Origin: an uncultured delta proteobacterium
GTDB taxonomy: Bacteria > Myxococcota > Myxococcia > Myxococcales > Anaeromyxobacteraceae
Assembly: GCA_963766715.1 (NCBI GenBank)
Contig: CAVYBH010000008.1
Span: 32,001 to 96,000, forward strand
Reading direction: 5' to 3'
DNA length: 64,000 bases
A program made the translations under genes and the position numbers. Position 1 is the stretch's first letter. Each line of letters starts with the position of its first letter. The notes beneath the pieces were generated by a model that saw only the letters and a list, made by a program, of their open reading frames with translations, did not search any database and was not told the DNA's origin. This document shows positions 46,820-59,897 of this stretch, one piece after another.

Positions 46820-47680
46820 GCGGCCGGCCAGGCCTGATCGATGAGCGACTTCGTCTGGCGGATGTTCGCCGAGGACGACGCGCCGAACACGATCGAGTCG
46901 AGCCCCTCGAGCCCGCAGACCCAGTCGATGGCCTCCTTGGCCGGGATGGCGCCGGAGGCGAACACCGACATGGCGATGGCGCGGCAGCGGCGCTGGCGGA
47001 GCAGGTCGCGGTAGGCGTCGACGCCGCCGGACATGCGGAACCCGATCTTGTTGATGTTGGCGCAGACGATGGGGTTCGTCGATGCCCTTCTTCTCCAGGG
47101 CGTCGACGAGCCGCGGCAGGTTCATGGTGATGAAGCCCGCCTCGGCGCCGTACTTGCGCTGGATGTGGTGGGCGAAGGCCGGGAAGACGTCGTCGAGCCC
47201 GAGGCCGAGCAGGAGGTCGGTGACCACGTTCTGGACGAAGATCACCGGGGTCTTCACGCCGGCGAAGCGCTTCATCTCCGCGTCGACCAGGATCTCCATC
47301 AGCTTGTAGATGTCCTGGGTGACCGCCGAGACCGCGCCCTTGAACAGCGTCTCCACGAGGCCGCCCGGCGCGAAGCGCTTGATGGTCTCGAGGATGCCCA
47401 CCTCGCCCACCGAGTTGGCGTACTTGTGGGCGTACGGCATGCACGGGTAGAACTCGAAGTCCGGGTAGCGTCCGGGGTTGCCGCGCACGATGTCGGCGAT
47501 CTCGCCGACCCGGTCGTGGGTCGTGCACATGAAGATCCGGATGCCGCTGTCGTAGGCGATGTCGAGCACGCGCATGATCGACGCGGTGTCCTTGAACTGC
47601 ATCGCCTGCGCCCGGGCCTTCTCCTCCGACATGTGGTTCACGCCGAAGAACTGGTTGTCGCCGAAGAGGATGCGGTCCAT
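46816..47680 (-). CDS. Conserved hypothetical protein, possible TIM-barrel/aldo-keto-like (frameshift near 47080)
   Basis: MDRILFGDNQFFGVNHMS...; C-terminus IAMSVFASGAI...SIVFGASS; typical codon usage. Confidence 0.65.
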
Positions 47681-47682
47681 GG

Positions 47683-48713
47683 CTAGCTCCTCTCCTGGCC
47701 GGCCTTCTGGATCTGGTCGATGACGCGGTCGGTCTCGCTAGGCGCTCGCGAACGAGTTCTCGTGCTCGGCGGTCCCCTGCTCCGACCGCGTCGACGAAGG
47801 CGTCGATCTGGGCCGAGTACTCCTCGCCCCGGAGGTAGAACGCCACCGGCTTCTGGAGGTCGGTGATGTAGCGGATGGTCCAGCCCGGCCGGTACGTCTC
47901 GAAGTCCGGCGCCCTCCCGCAGGAAGACCCGGCACTCCTGCCGGTCGGCGACGATCTTGCCCTTGGTGCCGTAGACCGTGATGCGTGGTGCTCATCTTGC
48001 GGTGGCTGTCGTCGCTCCAGTTCGTCTCCAGCTTGCCGCTCGACCCGTCGGCGTAGCGGAAGGTGGCGTAGACGGCGTCCTCGACGTCCTTGGAGAAGAT
48101 GCGCCGCAAGTCCGCGGCCGCGACCTCGCCGGGGCACGCCCACGACGAAGTTCATGAGGTCGACGACGTGGGACGCGTAGTCGTGCAGGCAGCCGCCGCC
48201 CTCCGACTTCTTCGCGCGCCAGGTGCATGCCGGTCTTGGGCCGGATGACGACCTGGCCGAAGGCGCTGCCGGTCACGTGGTAGACGTCGCCGATGGCCCC
48301 GGCGCGGACGAGCCGCCGCGTCTCCTGGAAGGTGCCGATGAAGCGGTTGTGGTAGCCGACCTGGTTGGCCTTGCCCTTCTGCCGCGCCAGCTCGGCGAGC
48401 TGCGGCGCTCTGGGCCGGGTCGAGGCAGAGCGGCTTCTCGACGAAGACGTGCAGGCCCCTGCTCGAGCGCGTGCGTCGCCGCCTCGAAGTGGGTGGCGCT
48501 GGGCGTGGCGACGAACACCGCGTCGAGCCCGCCCGCCTCGATCATCTTGCGGTAGTCCTTGAAGGTCTCGACGCCGGTGTGCTTCCGCAGCGCCGAGGTG
48601 ACGTAGCGACAGCTGTCGCAGACGGCGGCGACCTTCACGCGCGGGTGCGCGCCGAGGATCGCGTAGTGCGAGATGCCCATCTTGCCTGCGCCGATCAATC
48701 CGACTCTCGTCAT
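47683..48713 (-). CDS. Gfo/Idh/MocA family oxidoreductase (frameshifted)
   Basis: VGLIGAGKMGISH, DAVFVATP, VFVEKP, QVGYHNRF, GGCLHDYASHVVDL. Confidence 0.85.
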
Positions 48714-48840
48714 GAAGCCTTCTCCCCCTGGCCGCGGGTCGAGACCCGCTGGCGACGATGATGCCCGCGTCCCCTGCGGGCTGGCCCGGCGCCTCCCCGA
48801 GGAGGCGCACGGACGAAAGGGACCGTCGTGCTCGAGGCCC

Positions 48841-50270
48841 CTACGGCTCCCTGTTGAACTCGGCCAGCACCGGGAGGTCGAGGCCGATCTCGATCTGCGA
48901 GCGGGTGAAGATCTGGCCCGTGCGCGACTCCCGCCAGACCGCGGCGCCGAGCGCCAGCGCGAGCACGAGGAAGCCTCCCAGCCCGAAGATCTTGAGGGGA
49001 TTGGGGCTCACCGGCCGGCGCGGGACCTCCGCCGGCCAGACCACGCTGTAGCGGTACTTGAAGGCGGCGCGAGCGCTGTCCAGGTCGAGCTGGGCCGCGT
49101 TCACCCGCTCCACCATCTGCTGGTAGCGGAAGCGGGCCTCCCGCACGGCCTCGGTCTCCGAGCCCGGAGCGATGACGACCTGGCGCGGGCTCCGGTCGAG
49201 CCGTGCTGGAGCTCGCCTGCCGGCTCTCCAGCGCGGCCCGCTCGTTGTACTCGCGGCGGAGCGCCTGCTCCTCCTCCCGCAGCGCGGCGATCTGCGGCGA
49301 CTCGCGGGAGAGCCCGGCGATCTCGTTGCGCAGCGCCACCATGTTGGGATGGGCGTCGGAGTAGACGCCCCGCTTCTCGTCGAGCTGGGCCTGCAGGTCG
49401 AGGAGGCGGCGGCGGCGGAAGTCCTCCATGTCCCGGAGGGCGCGCTCCTTCGCGTCGAGATTGGCCTTCAGGACCGCCAGGCCGTCGCTGACCGGCGCGG
49501 CGCCGCGGGGCGGCGCCGCGCGCGGCGAGGCGCGTCGGACGCCGGGGCGGCCACCACGCGGGGAACGGACCGGCGATGGCCGCGTCGAGCTCCTGGCGCA
49601 GCGTCGACACCCGCCCCTGCAGCAGGGTGATGGTGTCGTCGATGGCGGTGATCTCCTGGAGCTGCCGGGCCTCGAGGAAGTTCTGGAGGGCGGCCTCGAC
49701 GAGCTGGTAGGCCTGCTGGGCGTCGGGCCAGTCCACCGAGATGGTCACGGTGCCGTCGCCCGTCTCGACGGTGAGCGCCTTCTTGAGCCGGAGGACGAGG
49801 ACGTTGAGCGGGTCCTCGGGCGGGCGCGGAGCCGCTCCAGAGGCGCGCGGCCGCCAGCTCCAGCCGGATCATCCAGTCCGACTTCGGAGCGGGGCTCGAG
49901 GGGTTGTAGACGTTCGTCTGCTTGAGCAGCGAGACCAGGTTCTCCCGCCGCTGGATGAGCTCGAAGGCGGCCTTGGTGGGCAGCTCGTTCGGGACGCTGG
50001 CCCGGACGATGGACGGCATCGCCTGCTGGCGCTGGGTGAGGAGCGTGGTGCTGACCCGGTAGAGCGGGGTCTTCGTCGCGTAGTAGACCCCGAGACCCGC
50101 GAAGCCCACGACCAGGATCGCGGCGAAGAGGAGCTTCCCACGTGCCACGGCCCCGGCCATGAACTGGAGCCGGCGCGGAGCGTGGGCGCGCGCGCCTCGT
50201 CCAGCGCCTCGTCGGTCTCGTACGACGCGTGAATTGGCCCCTGGCCCGGGGCGGACCGGTACCCGCTCAT
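48841..50270 (-). CDS. Polysaccharide chain-length determinant/co-polymerase (Wzz/GumC-like, no kinase domain; frameshifted)
   Basis: N-terminal TM then PLYRVSTTLL, TVTISVDWPDAQQA, coiled coil with YSDAHPNMVAL, C-terminal PAEVPRRPVSPN plus TM. Confidence 0.8.
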
Positions 50271-50385
50271 TGTCGACGAGGCTATCACACGATCTGCGTC
50301 GTCGCCGTGCCACGACCCGGGTGCATCCGGAATCCGGTGTCACCAGGTCAGGGTGGCGATCGTGCGGTGCACCCAATCAGGTCGT

Positions 50386-52219
50386 TCACCGCCCGGCGGC
50401 GAAGTCCATCACGGCCTGCCACATGGGCGTCGGCGAGGGGGTTCCGGTCAGGGGCCAGGGAAATCCATCGGCGGCCGAATAGGAACGCGAAAGCTCGTTC
50501 GTGGTGCGGACGCCGCGCACGGTGGCGCTCTGCACGGCGACGTCGGCGTGGGGCATGGTCCGCATGTGCGCGAGCAGGTTGTAGTAGATGACCCTCATCT
50601 CCGGGTCGGACCACGCCGCGCCCACCTGACCGGGCTTGAAGATCTCGATGCCGGTCTCGTACGAGGTGAAGCGGACGCCGTGGCGCGCCGCCAGCTTCTC
50701 TCCCGTCTCGTGCAGCTGGTAGATGGATTGCTCCCACTTCCCCTGGTTCCCACCCTTGACGCTGAGCGCGCGCTTGAGCTCGCCGAGGAAGCCCGACCCG
50801 TCGCCGAGGACCCCGAGGGTGCCAATCTTGCCGACCGAGGTCGCCGTCGGGACGCCGTCGTTCATGGGGGCGTGGAGGTAGAAGCTCCCGGAGAGGTCGT
50901 GGAGGTAATGGCCGACCGGCTTCCTGGGATTTGGGAAGCCGGCGATGGTGTCGAATCGGGATCCAGGTCCCCAGACGGCCGTCACGTAGTCCAGGCCCGC
51001 CTGGTGCCGCCCCAGCCGCCCCAGTCGCCCTGGTTCGCGTAGACGATGCGGATGGTGTCCTGCATCGCCGCGTCGCCCCACACCCTGCGACCGAGCAAGC
51101 TCAGGCGAACGGCGTTCCATGCGCCCCATCGGTCCCCGGGGTGGTCCCGCTTCCCGTCCCAGGCGAGCTGGTGGACGTCTCCAGCGTCAATCTCCGCCTT
51201 TCCGCGCGGGTCGCCGTACGAGTAGTACGTGAACAGCTCGTTCGTGAACTCCACGTACACCTTGCGGCCAGGCAAGAGTCCCGGGTACCACGTCGCAGTG
51301 GGCGTCCAGGCCGCCGGATCGTTCGTCCGCACGGTGTAAGGCACTTGACCGTCGCTTCCGTACTTCAGCAACTGGAAGACCTTCGTGACGTAGTCGTCGT
51401 CCGCGCCGATGGGGATGTTCAGCCAGAGGTCCATCCCGGTCAGGTTGGCGAAGACCACCGTGTCTTCCCACGGCATGCCCTTGTCCGCGTACCCGTAGAA
51501 CCCCGGTCGCGCGCGCGTGCTCCAGGTCGTGTCGCACGAGTCCATCACGCCGCTCGCGTTGTTGCAGCCTCCTCCGGAGGGGCCCAGCGCCCACTCGAAG
51601 CGCATCAGCGAGAAGACGTTGCGCATCGACACCACTTCCTTGCGCCAGTAGTCCTGCGGCCACGAGTGGCCAGGCGCCATCAGGCGCGGATTCGAGAATC
51701 CCCGGGTGCTCCCGGTGGCGTCGGCCGCGTGATCCGCCCTGCGCCAGGCGTTCCTGAACTCAATCCAGTAGTTCGACCCGCTTGCCGGGATGACGACGTC
51801 GGCCGTCGTCGTGTTCGTGACCGCGTCGTACTTCTGGTTCTCGATGGTCCCGGCGTCGCCGATGGCCAGCGTCGCCTGGCCGGTGAAGGTGAGCTTGTAG
51901 GTGCCCCCGATCACCTCCGTGGGGCCTGCCCGGACCCCTCGATGAAGAGGATGCGGGCGTCCGTCGTCGGATTCCCCTTCGCGTCGTACCTGTCCAGCGG
52001 CAGCGGGTTCAGCGAACCCGGGACGCACCACCTTCGCCCCTGCTTCAGCGCGTTCGCGTAGACCGGGGCCGTCCATCCGGAGATCTCCGGGATGTGGCCG
52101 CCCACGTAGACCGGTGGCCTCGGCGGGGAGGCTGCCGCCCTCGCGGCCGACCCGGTGCCCGCCAAGGCGACCATGCCGGCAACGAGCAAGGAACGAGGGA
52201 TCCAGTCGAGGGCGCGCAT
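50386..52219 (-). CDS. Exported glycoside hydrolase-like TIM-barrel protein (frameshifted)
   Basis: Signal peptide; PWEDTVVFANLTGMDLWLNIPIGADDDYV, KVYVEFTNELF, TSYETG. Confidence 0.65.
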
Positions 52220-52338
52220 GTCCAGCGTGCCAATGTCCCAGACGACGTCCGGGACCGTCAAGCAACGTCCACCGCGACGCGGCGGTGGTCTCACCGCGGG
52301 ACGTCCGGGGGCGACCGGGGCAGCCCCCGGGCGTTCGT

Positions 52339-54460
52339 TCAGTTCCCGCCGGCGAGGTCGATGATCGCCTGCCACATCGGAGTCGGCGACCCGGTTCCGG
52401 TGAGCGGCCACGGGTACCCGTCGGAGGCCGCGTAGGAGCGCGAGAGCTCGTTGGTCGGGTAGATGCCGCGAACGGTGCCGCTCTGCACGATGACGTCAGG
52501 TGAGGCAGCGTGTACGCGTGCCCGATCAGGTTGTAGTAGATGGTCTTCATCTGCGGGTCGGACCACGCGGCGGCGACGGAGCCCGCCCGGAAGATCTCGA
52601 TGCCCGACTCGTAGGACGAGAACTTGATGCCGTAGCGTGCCGCCATGTCCTCGCCGTCCTGCTGGCGCTCGTAGATGGAGCTCTCGTAGGGCTGGCCCGA
52701 CCCGGTGCAGGAGAGCTGCTCCTTCAGGTCGTGGAGGAAGCCGGAGCCGTCGGCTCGAACGCCCAGCGTCCCGACGCTTCCCACCGACGTCGCGGTGGGG
52801 GCGCCGTTTCCATCCATCGGGGCGTGCAGGTAGAAGCTCCCGGACACGTTGTGGATGTAGTAGCTGACCGGCTGCTTCGGGTTGGTGAACCCGTCGATGG
52901 TGTCGTACGTCGAGTTCGGCCCCCACACGGCCGTCATGTAGTTCATCGCCGTCTGGTGGCGCCCCCACCCGCCCCAGTCTCCCTGGTTCGCGTAGACGAT
53001 CCGGATGGTGTCCTGCATCGCCGCGTCGCCCCAGACCTTGCGAGCGAGCAGGCTGATGCGGACGACGTTCCACGCGCCCCACTTGTCGCCCGGGGTTGAC
53101 GTGTTGCCGTCGTAGGCCAGGTGGTGCTCGTCACCGCCGCGATGTCAGCCGCTCCCTGCGGGTCACCGTAGGAGTAGTAGCTGAACAGCTCGTTGGTGAA
53201 CTCCACGTAGACCTTCCGGCCGGGCAGCAGGCCCGGGTACCAGCCCACGCCCTGCTGCCAGGTTGCCGGGTCGTGCGTCTGAACCGTGTAGGGATCGCGT
53301 CCGTTGCTGCCGTACTTGAGCAACTGGAACACCTTGGTGACGTAGTCGTTGTCCGCGCCGATCGGGATGTTCACCCAGACGTCCATCCCGGTCGTGTTGG
53401 CGAAGATCACCGTGTCCTCCCACGGCGTGCCGAAGTCCTGGTAGCCAGGGACTCCGGGGTACTGCCGGGTGCTCCACGACGTCTCCGTGGACCCCATGAT
53501 TCCGGTCGCGCCGTGCGTGCAGGCCAGGGGTGCCACCGAGCGCCCACGCGAAGCGCATGAGGGAGAACACGCGGTTCAGGGCCACCACTTCCTTGCGCCA
53601 GTAGTCGGTCGGACACGAGTGGCCCGGGTACATCAGCCGGGGGTTGGTGAAGCCCCGGGTGTTCCCGGTGGCGTCCGCGGTGTGCGCGGCGTTCCGCCAG
53701 GAATTGGTGATCTCGACGTAGTAGTTCTTGCCGCTGGAGGGGATGTTCACGTCCGCGGTGGTCGCGTTGGTCGAAGCGTCGTAGACGAGATTCGTGACCG
53801 AGCCCGTGTCCCGACGGAGACGCTGGCCTGGCCGTTGAAGAAAGCTTGTAGGTCCCGGCGACGACGGCCGAGGGCCCCGCTCCGGAGCCCTCGATGTAAG
53901 AGGCGCGGCAGTCGACGGTCGGGTTGCCGTTCACGTCGTACTGGCTCGCGCCGATCGTGTTGAGGGTCCCGGCGGCAGCCAGCCTGGCGTCCCTGCTTGA
54001 ACGGATCGGCGTAGATCGCGGGCCGTCCAGCCGGAGATCTCCGGGACGTGACCGCCGACGCGCCCACGGGCGTCGTCGTCGGGCGCGGGGGCGTAGACGC
54101 AGTCGACACCGTGATCGTGGCGGTCGCCGAGACGGAGCTGTCTGCGGCGGAGGTCGCGACGACGTGGAACGTCCGTACGTGCCCGGCGCGAGTAGGAGGC
54201 CGCTGGCATCGACGGTTCCGCCTCCCGACTTCCGTCACGACCAGACGACGCTCCGGACGGGGTGCCGGTCACCGCGGCCGCCAGGGAAATGACCCTCCCG
54301 GGGTCACCGTTGCGGCCGGGGGACGACGGCAACGTCGACGCCGGTGGCCGCCGACCGTTGGGGGCTCCGCGGAACGTCGGCGGAGTTCCCCCGCAAGCCG
54401 ACAAGGAGGATCGCGGCGCCAAAGATGCCAAGGAGGGCGTGAACGGGCGCTGTTGAACAT
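52339..54460 (-). CDS. Paralogous glycoside hydrolase-like protein with N-terminal lipoprotein/Ig module (heavily frameshifted)
   Basis: LSAC lipobox-like, TFHVVATSAADSSVSATATITV Ig strand; PWEDTVIFANTTGMDVWVNIP, KVYVEFTNELF, SSYESG. Confidence 0.62.
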
Positions 54461-54786
54461 GAATGCCCGTCGTTCAAGGCGGCTGTACCCGGCCGATAAC
54501 GGCGGTCGCCTGAGCCGCCTCACATGATAGGGTACTTCGTTCGCGGGGTCGTCACCATTATTCCCGGCCGAAAACACCCTAAAGTATCGCAGTCACAGTA
54601 GGAATTTTCACTACACGGCAGGCAAATTCGGAGAAAGCTCCGTAAGCCAGGGATTCTTGAGGGTAATCTCGGGGCGACCCCAACCAGACGCGTCGCAAAA
54701 AGGACCAGGTAAAGCGTCTTTTTTCAGACGAACCCTTCCTTTTCCTCGCGAAGGGCCGAGGGAAGCGGATTGGCCCATTTAGGGGC

Positions 54787-56259
54787 CTACTTTTTCGGCG
54801 GAGGACGGCCGGGGCTCGACTCGGTCACGGGCTGCGCGGCGTCACGCGGCGGTCGCCGAGGTACCAGAGCGCGACCACGCCCCAGAACAGCGGCACGACG
54901 GCGGCTGCGGCCAGCGAAGGGGAGGATGCTGCGGCTCGGCGTGGACGACAGAGCTTTGGCGGCCGCGAAGCCGGCGAGGATGCCACGCCGCGAGAGGCCG
55001 TGAAGCGAGGCGTCGAAGCGGGTGGCTCGCAGCCCGTGGGCCGAGACGCCGATCATCGAGACCGTGTACTTCGCCAGGTCGGAGCAGCGACGAGCCCGAT
55101 GAGCGCGCCGCGGAATCCGCCCAGGTGGAAGCCCAGCGTCACGAACGCCACGAGGGTCGCGACCTTGACCGCGCTGATGGCCGCCTTCCAGTGGGTGTGC
55201 CCCATGGCGAGGAGCGCGGCGCCGTTCGTCGACTCCAGGATCTGGAACCAGGCGGCCACCGACAGGAACTGGAGGATCCAGCCCGCCTCCCAGTAGCGGC
55301 TGTCGTAGAGGATGCGGACCAGGGAGGGCCCGCAGGCGATCATCCCGCTCACGATCGCACCACCGCCGAGCAGGAGCGGCAGGCGCACCACCGCGAACGT
55401 CTTCGAGAAGTCGTCCCGCCCCGCGATCCGGCTGTAGGTGGGGAAGAGGACCCGGCTCCCGATCGCCTCCATCGCCTGCGTGGGCATGACTCCCAGCGTG
55501 GCGCCGATGTTGTAGACGCCGAGCGTCTGCGATGGGCAGGAGCTTGCCGAAGAGGAGCCGGTCGGACTGGTCCGACAGGAAGTGCAGGATGGTGCTGAAG
55601 GCGATCCATCGTCCGAAGCGGTACTGGATCCGGAGCCAGTGCCGGTCGAAGACGAAGCGGTGACGGATGTGCTCGACGATAGGTGTGGGTGAGCACCAGC
55701 CTGACGAAGTTCCCGGCCAGGTTTCCGCCCACGACCGCCCAGACCACGCGGGGGTCGTTCGCCGCGTGCGTCGATCGGTAGGCGAGCGCCAGGACGATGA
55801 TGGCGACGATGTTCACCACCTGGCTCACGAGGTCGACGATGACGACCGGCTTCATCTTCATGTGGCGGCACGCTGCGTGTGCATCGAGGTGGCCTCGAAG
55901 CCGTTCATCACGGCGTTCAGCCCGGCCACCGGGAGGAGCTGCGCGAGCAGCGGCTGGCCGTAGAAGGACGCCACGGGCCCGGCGATGGCACAGGAGACGA
56001 GCCAGATCGAGCCGCCGCGCACGATCTGGATCGACCAGCAGGTGTTGAGGAAGCCCGGGTCGTCGCCGTGCTGGCTCTGGATGATGGCGGCCCCGGTCCC
56101 GGTGTCCGAGAACATGAAGAGGCCCAGGATGAAGATGGACACCAGGGCGGCGAGGCCGAAGACCTCCGGGAAGAGGAGCCGCGTGAGGATCAGGTTGCCG
56201 ACGAAGCGCAGCAGCTGGGCGCCGCCGTAGCCGCCGAGCGTCCAGATCGAGGCCCGCAT
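54787..56259 (-). CDS. wzx: Wzx oligosaccharide flippase (frameshifted)
   Basis: LRFVGNLILTRLLFPEVFGLAAL...FSDTGTGAAIIQ, QSDRLLFGK, LGVYNIGA, LYDSRYWEAG. Confidence 0.85.
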
Positions 56260-56265
56260 GGCGCC

Positions 56266-57533
56266 TCATGCCGGCCGCCGGAGGCCGGTGGGCGGTCCCG
56301 TCCCGCTCCGGCCGCCTGGGTGATCACCGAACCCTCTCTCGCGAGGCGTCCGGACCCATTCCTGTTTGGAGCGGCGGCGCGGGCGCAGCAGGAGCCCGAC
56401 CTTCCAGACCAGGTAGAACGGGCGCTCCCAGCAGGCCGAGCAGGCCGGGCCAGCCCGGTGCCGGAGAGCCACCAGCCGCGCAGCGACGTAGAGCGCGAGC
56501 GCCGCCAGGCTGGCTCCCCAGGGCCAGACCGGCCAGAGCAGCGCGTCCGGCCAGACGCGGAAGCCAGGCCAGCCAGGAGCGTGCCCGCCGCGGCGGCGGC
56601 CGCGAGGTAGGCGAGCGGCGGGACGAGGAGGTCGAGCCCGAGATCCACCAGCACCCGGTCTCCAGTACGGAGCCCGCGCCGCAGGACGGGCAGGCCGTAG
56701 CGGCGCGCCATCTGGCAGCGCCCGCCCTCCCACCGGCGTCGCTGGACGTCGGCCGCGGCCCCGCCGACCGGCCATGTCCCCGAGGACCGAGGCCTCGGCC
56801 GCGAAGTGGACGCGATGGCCGGCGAGCCCGAGCCGGATGCCGTACTCCAGGTCCTCGACGATGGAGAAGGCCTGGTGCGGGACCTCCCGCAGCACCGCGG
56901 CCGAGAAGCACATCCCGTTGCCGCGCAGGCCGGCCGAGCAGCCCAGGCGCTCGCGCCCGAGCGAGCGCAGCATGTGGAAGAGCGCCAGCGCGACCGCCAT
57001 GAGCCGCGTGCGCCAGGAGGCGCCGGGGTTGCGCACGCCGTAGAACGCCTGCACGGCGGGCGCCCCGGCCTCCAGCCGCGCCGAGAAGGCGCGCGAGCAG
57101 GTTCGGGCGACACCTCGCTGTCGGCGTCCACGACCACCACGGCGTCGGCGAAGCCCTCGGCCAGGCTCTCCGCGAAGGCGTACTCCAGGGCGTAGCCCTT
57201 CCCGCGCCGCTCGGCGTCCGTCCGGACCAGCACCTCGGCGCCGGCCGCGCGCGCCCGCTCGGCGGTGCGCGTCGGTGCAGTTGTCGGCCACCACCACCAC
57301 GCGTCGAAGCGCTCCGGGTAGTCGAGGGCGAGCAGGCTCGCGACGGTGGCCGGCGATGCCCGCCTCCTCGTCGTGGGCCGGGACCACGACGTCGAAGCGC
57401 AGGCGCGGGAGCGCACGGCGGGCGGCGCGCGCCGGCGCCGGAGAGAAGCGTGAGCACGAGCAGGTAGCCGGACGCCAGCCAGCACCGGCAGCGCAAGGAG
57501 CCCGAGCAACGCCTCGGCGACGTCCGCAATCAA
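56266..57533 (-). CDS. GT2 glycosyltransferase with membrane helices (frameshifted)
   Basis: VVPAHDEE, VADNCTD, GKGYAL, VVDADS, GNGMCF, IVEDLEY, QRRRW. Confidence 0.85.
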
Positions 57534-57803
57534 GGCAGGGCTCGGGGGCGGAATGGGACGTGCGAGTCGGTTGGTCGGTCCAGGCGTTCAATGCGGGCGT
57601 CGAGCTCGCACGGGAGCGGTCTCCGAGTACCACGGGGCTGCATCGGGTGCATGATACCGAGGTCGAGGGTAGCGGCCGTCGCAACTACGGCGCGGGCGGT
57701 TGTCTTTCGGCCCGGGTCTGTTAATGATTCGCCAGGCTTTCCGCCATTCCCGCCGACGAGCGTCACGTCAGGGACATTGCGACGAGGCGCCGACGAGGGG
57801 CGC

Positions 57804-59211
57804 GTGAGCGCACTGATCCACATCGCGATCGCTTCCTGGTTGGTGCTGGTCTTCGCGCTCTTCTGGCTGCGACCGCCCGCGCAAGCCGCGGTGGCGTCCT
57901 TCGTGGTGGGATGGATGTACCTGCCCATCGCCGGGTACCCGATCACCGGGCTCCACTCCAAGGCGGAGATCGTCGCCACCGGCGTGCTGGTCGCGAGCCT
58001 GATCTTTGCGCCCCGCGCGTGGCTCCGGTTCCGTCCGGCCTCGATCGACCTCCCGATGGCGGTGGCCTCCCTGGCGCCCTTCTTCGCGGCGATCGCCAAC
58101 GACGAGGGCCCCTACAACGGCAGGCTCCGTCCTCTTCTCCGGCCTGCTCCGATGGGGTTCGCCCTACCTCGTCGGCCGCGTGTTCCTCTCCGACCTCACG
58201 GGGCTCCGGACGATCGCCCTCGGGGTCTTCCTGGGTGGACTCAGCTACGTCCCGCTCTGCCTGTACGAGATCCGGATGAGCCCCCAGCTGCACCGGATCC
58301 TCTACGGATTCCACCAGCACGAGTTCGTGCAGACCCTGCGCTGGGGTGGCTTCCGGCCCATGGTGTTCATGAACCACGGCCTCGCCCTCGGGCTGTGGAT
58401 GACCCTGGCCTGCCTCTCCGGATACTGGCTGTGGCGGACCGGAACGAAGAAGCGCCTCTGGGGTGTCCCGATGTCCTCGCTCTCGTGGTCCTGTTCCTGA
58501 CCACGCTGCTCGTGAAGTCCCTGGGGTCCCTCGTCCTCCTCGCCGCGGGGATGGCAGCGCTGACGCTGGCGCGATCGCTGCGGACGTCGTGGCCGGTCCT
58601 CGCGCTGGTCCTCGTCGCGCCTGCCTACATGACCGCGAGGGCGACCGGGTACTGGTCCGGGACAGGAGCTGATGCAGTTCGCCGGACGGCTGGACGCCGA
58701 GCGGGCGCAATCCGTGCAGACCCGCCTCGAGAACGAGGACGAGCTCGTCCGGAAGGCCATGGAGCGGAAGGTATTCGGCTGGGGCGGATTCGGTCGGGCC
58801 GAGATTCGCGACGAGGAGGGGGTCAGTCCACTCCGTCCGCGACGGCATGTGGGTGATCTTGCTGGGTGAGGTCGGGGCTGGTCGGGCTGATCAGCCTGAC
58901 CGCCGCGTTCCTGCTTCCCGTCGTGTACCTGGTCCGTCGCTACGGGACGCGGCTCTGGCGCGACCCGGACCTGGCGACGGCCGTGGTGCTCGCCATGTTC
59001 TTCATCCTCTTCCTCATCGATTCCCTCTTCAACTTCTTCGCCAGCCCGGTTTACTCGGCCAGCGCCGGAGCACTGGCTGGATTCGCGCTGCGCGCACCCC
59101 CTGAAGGTCCGCCGCCGGGTCCGGCGCGCCGCCCGATCCGGCTGGGCGGTGCCCCGGATCAACCCGCAGCCCGTGCTCGGGCCGAAGACCGAGAGCGGCG
59201 GCGGAACGTGA
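57804..59211 (+). CDS. O-antigen ligase/Wzy polymerase-like membrane protein (frameshifted; end approximate)
   Basis: Multiple TM segments; YEIRMSPQLH, RWGGFRPMVFMNHGL, RAQSVQTRLENE, FGWGGFGR. Confidence 0.7.
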
Positions 59212-59301
59212 ATCCAGCCGGCCCGGCGCCCGTTCCGCTCGCGTCACCTGAATCCGGTGATCCCGCCGGACCGCCCTTCCGCTATTATCCGGCTCGCCCC
59301 C

Positions 59302-59858
59302 ATGTTCGAGACGCTGCGGCGCGACGGCGCGAGGTACTCCCAGCTGGGAGGGTGGGCGTCCAGCCCCGGCTTCTGGGTGGGCGCCATCTACCGCTTTGGG
59401 GTCTGGGCCCACTCCCTGCCCTCGGTCTTCCTCCGCATCCCGGTCATCACGCTGTACCGGATCGTCAAGCTGCCCTGGCGCATCCTGCTGAACGTCTACA
59501 TCCCGCCCTCGGTGCGGATCGGCCCGGGGCTGTGCCTCATCCATCCCAACAACATCCTCATCGCCCCGAACGTGGTCATCGGCGAGGACTGCCTCATCTT
59601 CCACGAGGTGACGCTGGGGACGGGCCCGACTCCCGGGGGTCCCGACGATCGGGAACAGGGTCGACATCTACGTCGGGGCCCGCGTCCTGGGCGGCGTGGT
59701 CATCGGCGACGCCTCGATGATCGGCGCCAACTGCGTGGTCACGCGGAACGTGCCCGCCCGGATCGGTGGTGGTCGCTGCCCCGGCGCGGGTCGTCCCCCG
59801 TTCGCTCGCCCCGGTGGCCCGCGCGGCCGACGAGCGGGCCCGCTCGAACCAGGAGTGA
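59302..59858 (+). CDS. Left-handed beta-helix O-acetyltransferase (CysE/WcaB-like; frameshifted)
   Basis: IGPGLCLIH, IGEDCLIFHEVTLG, IGANCVVTRNVP hexapeptide repeats. Confidence 0.8.
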
Positions 59859-59897
59859 ACGCGCCGCGGGTCTCCCGGGACGCTGCGGCTCGACCGC

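Noticed and set aside
54618..54650. GGCAAA...GAAA hairpin as a c-di-GMP-I riboswitch
   Set aside because: It lacks the downstream GACGCAAA/P3 elements and faces away from the downstream gene.
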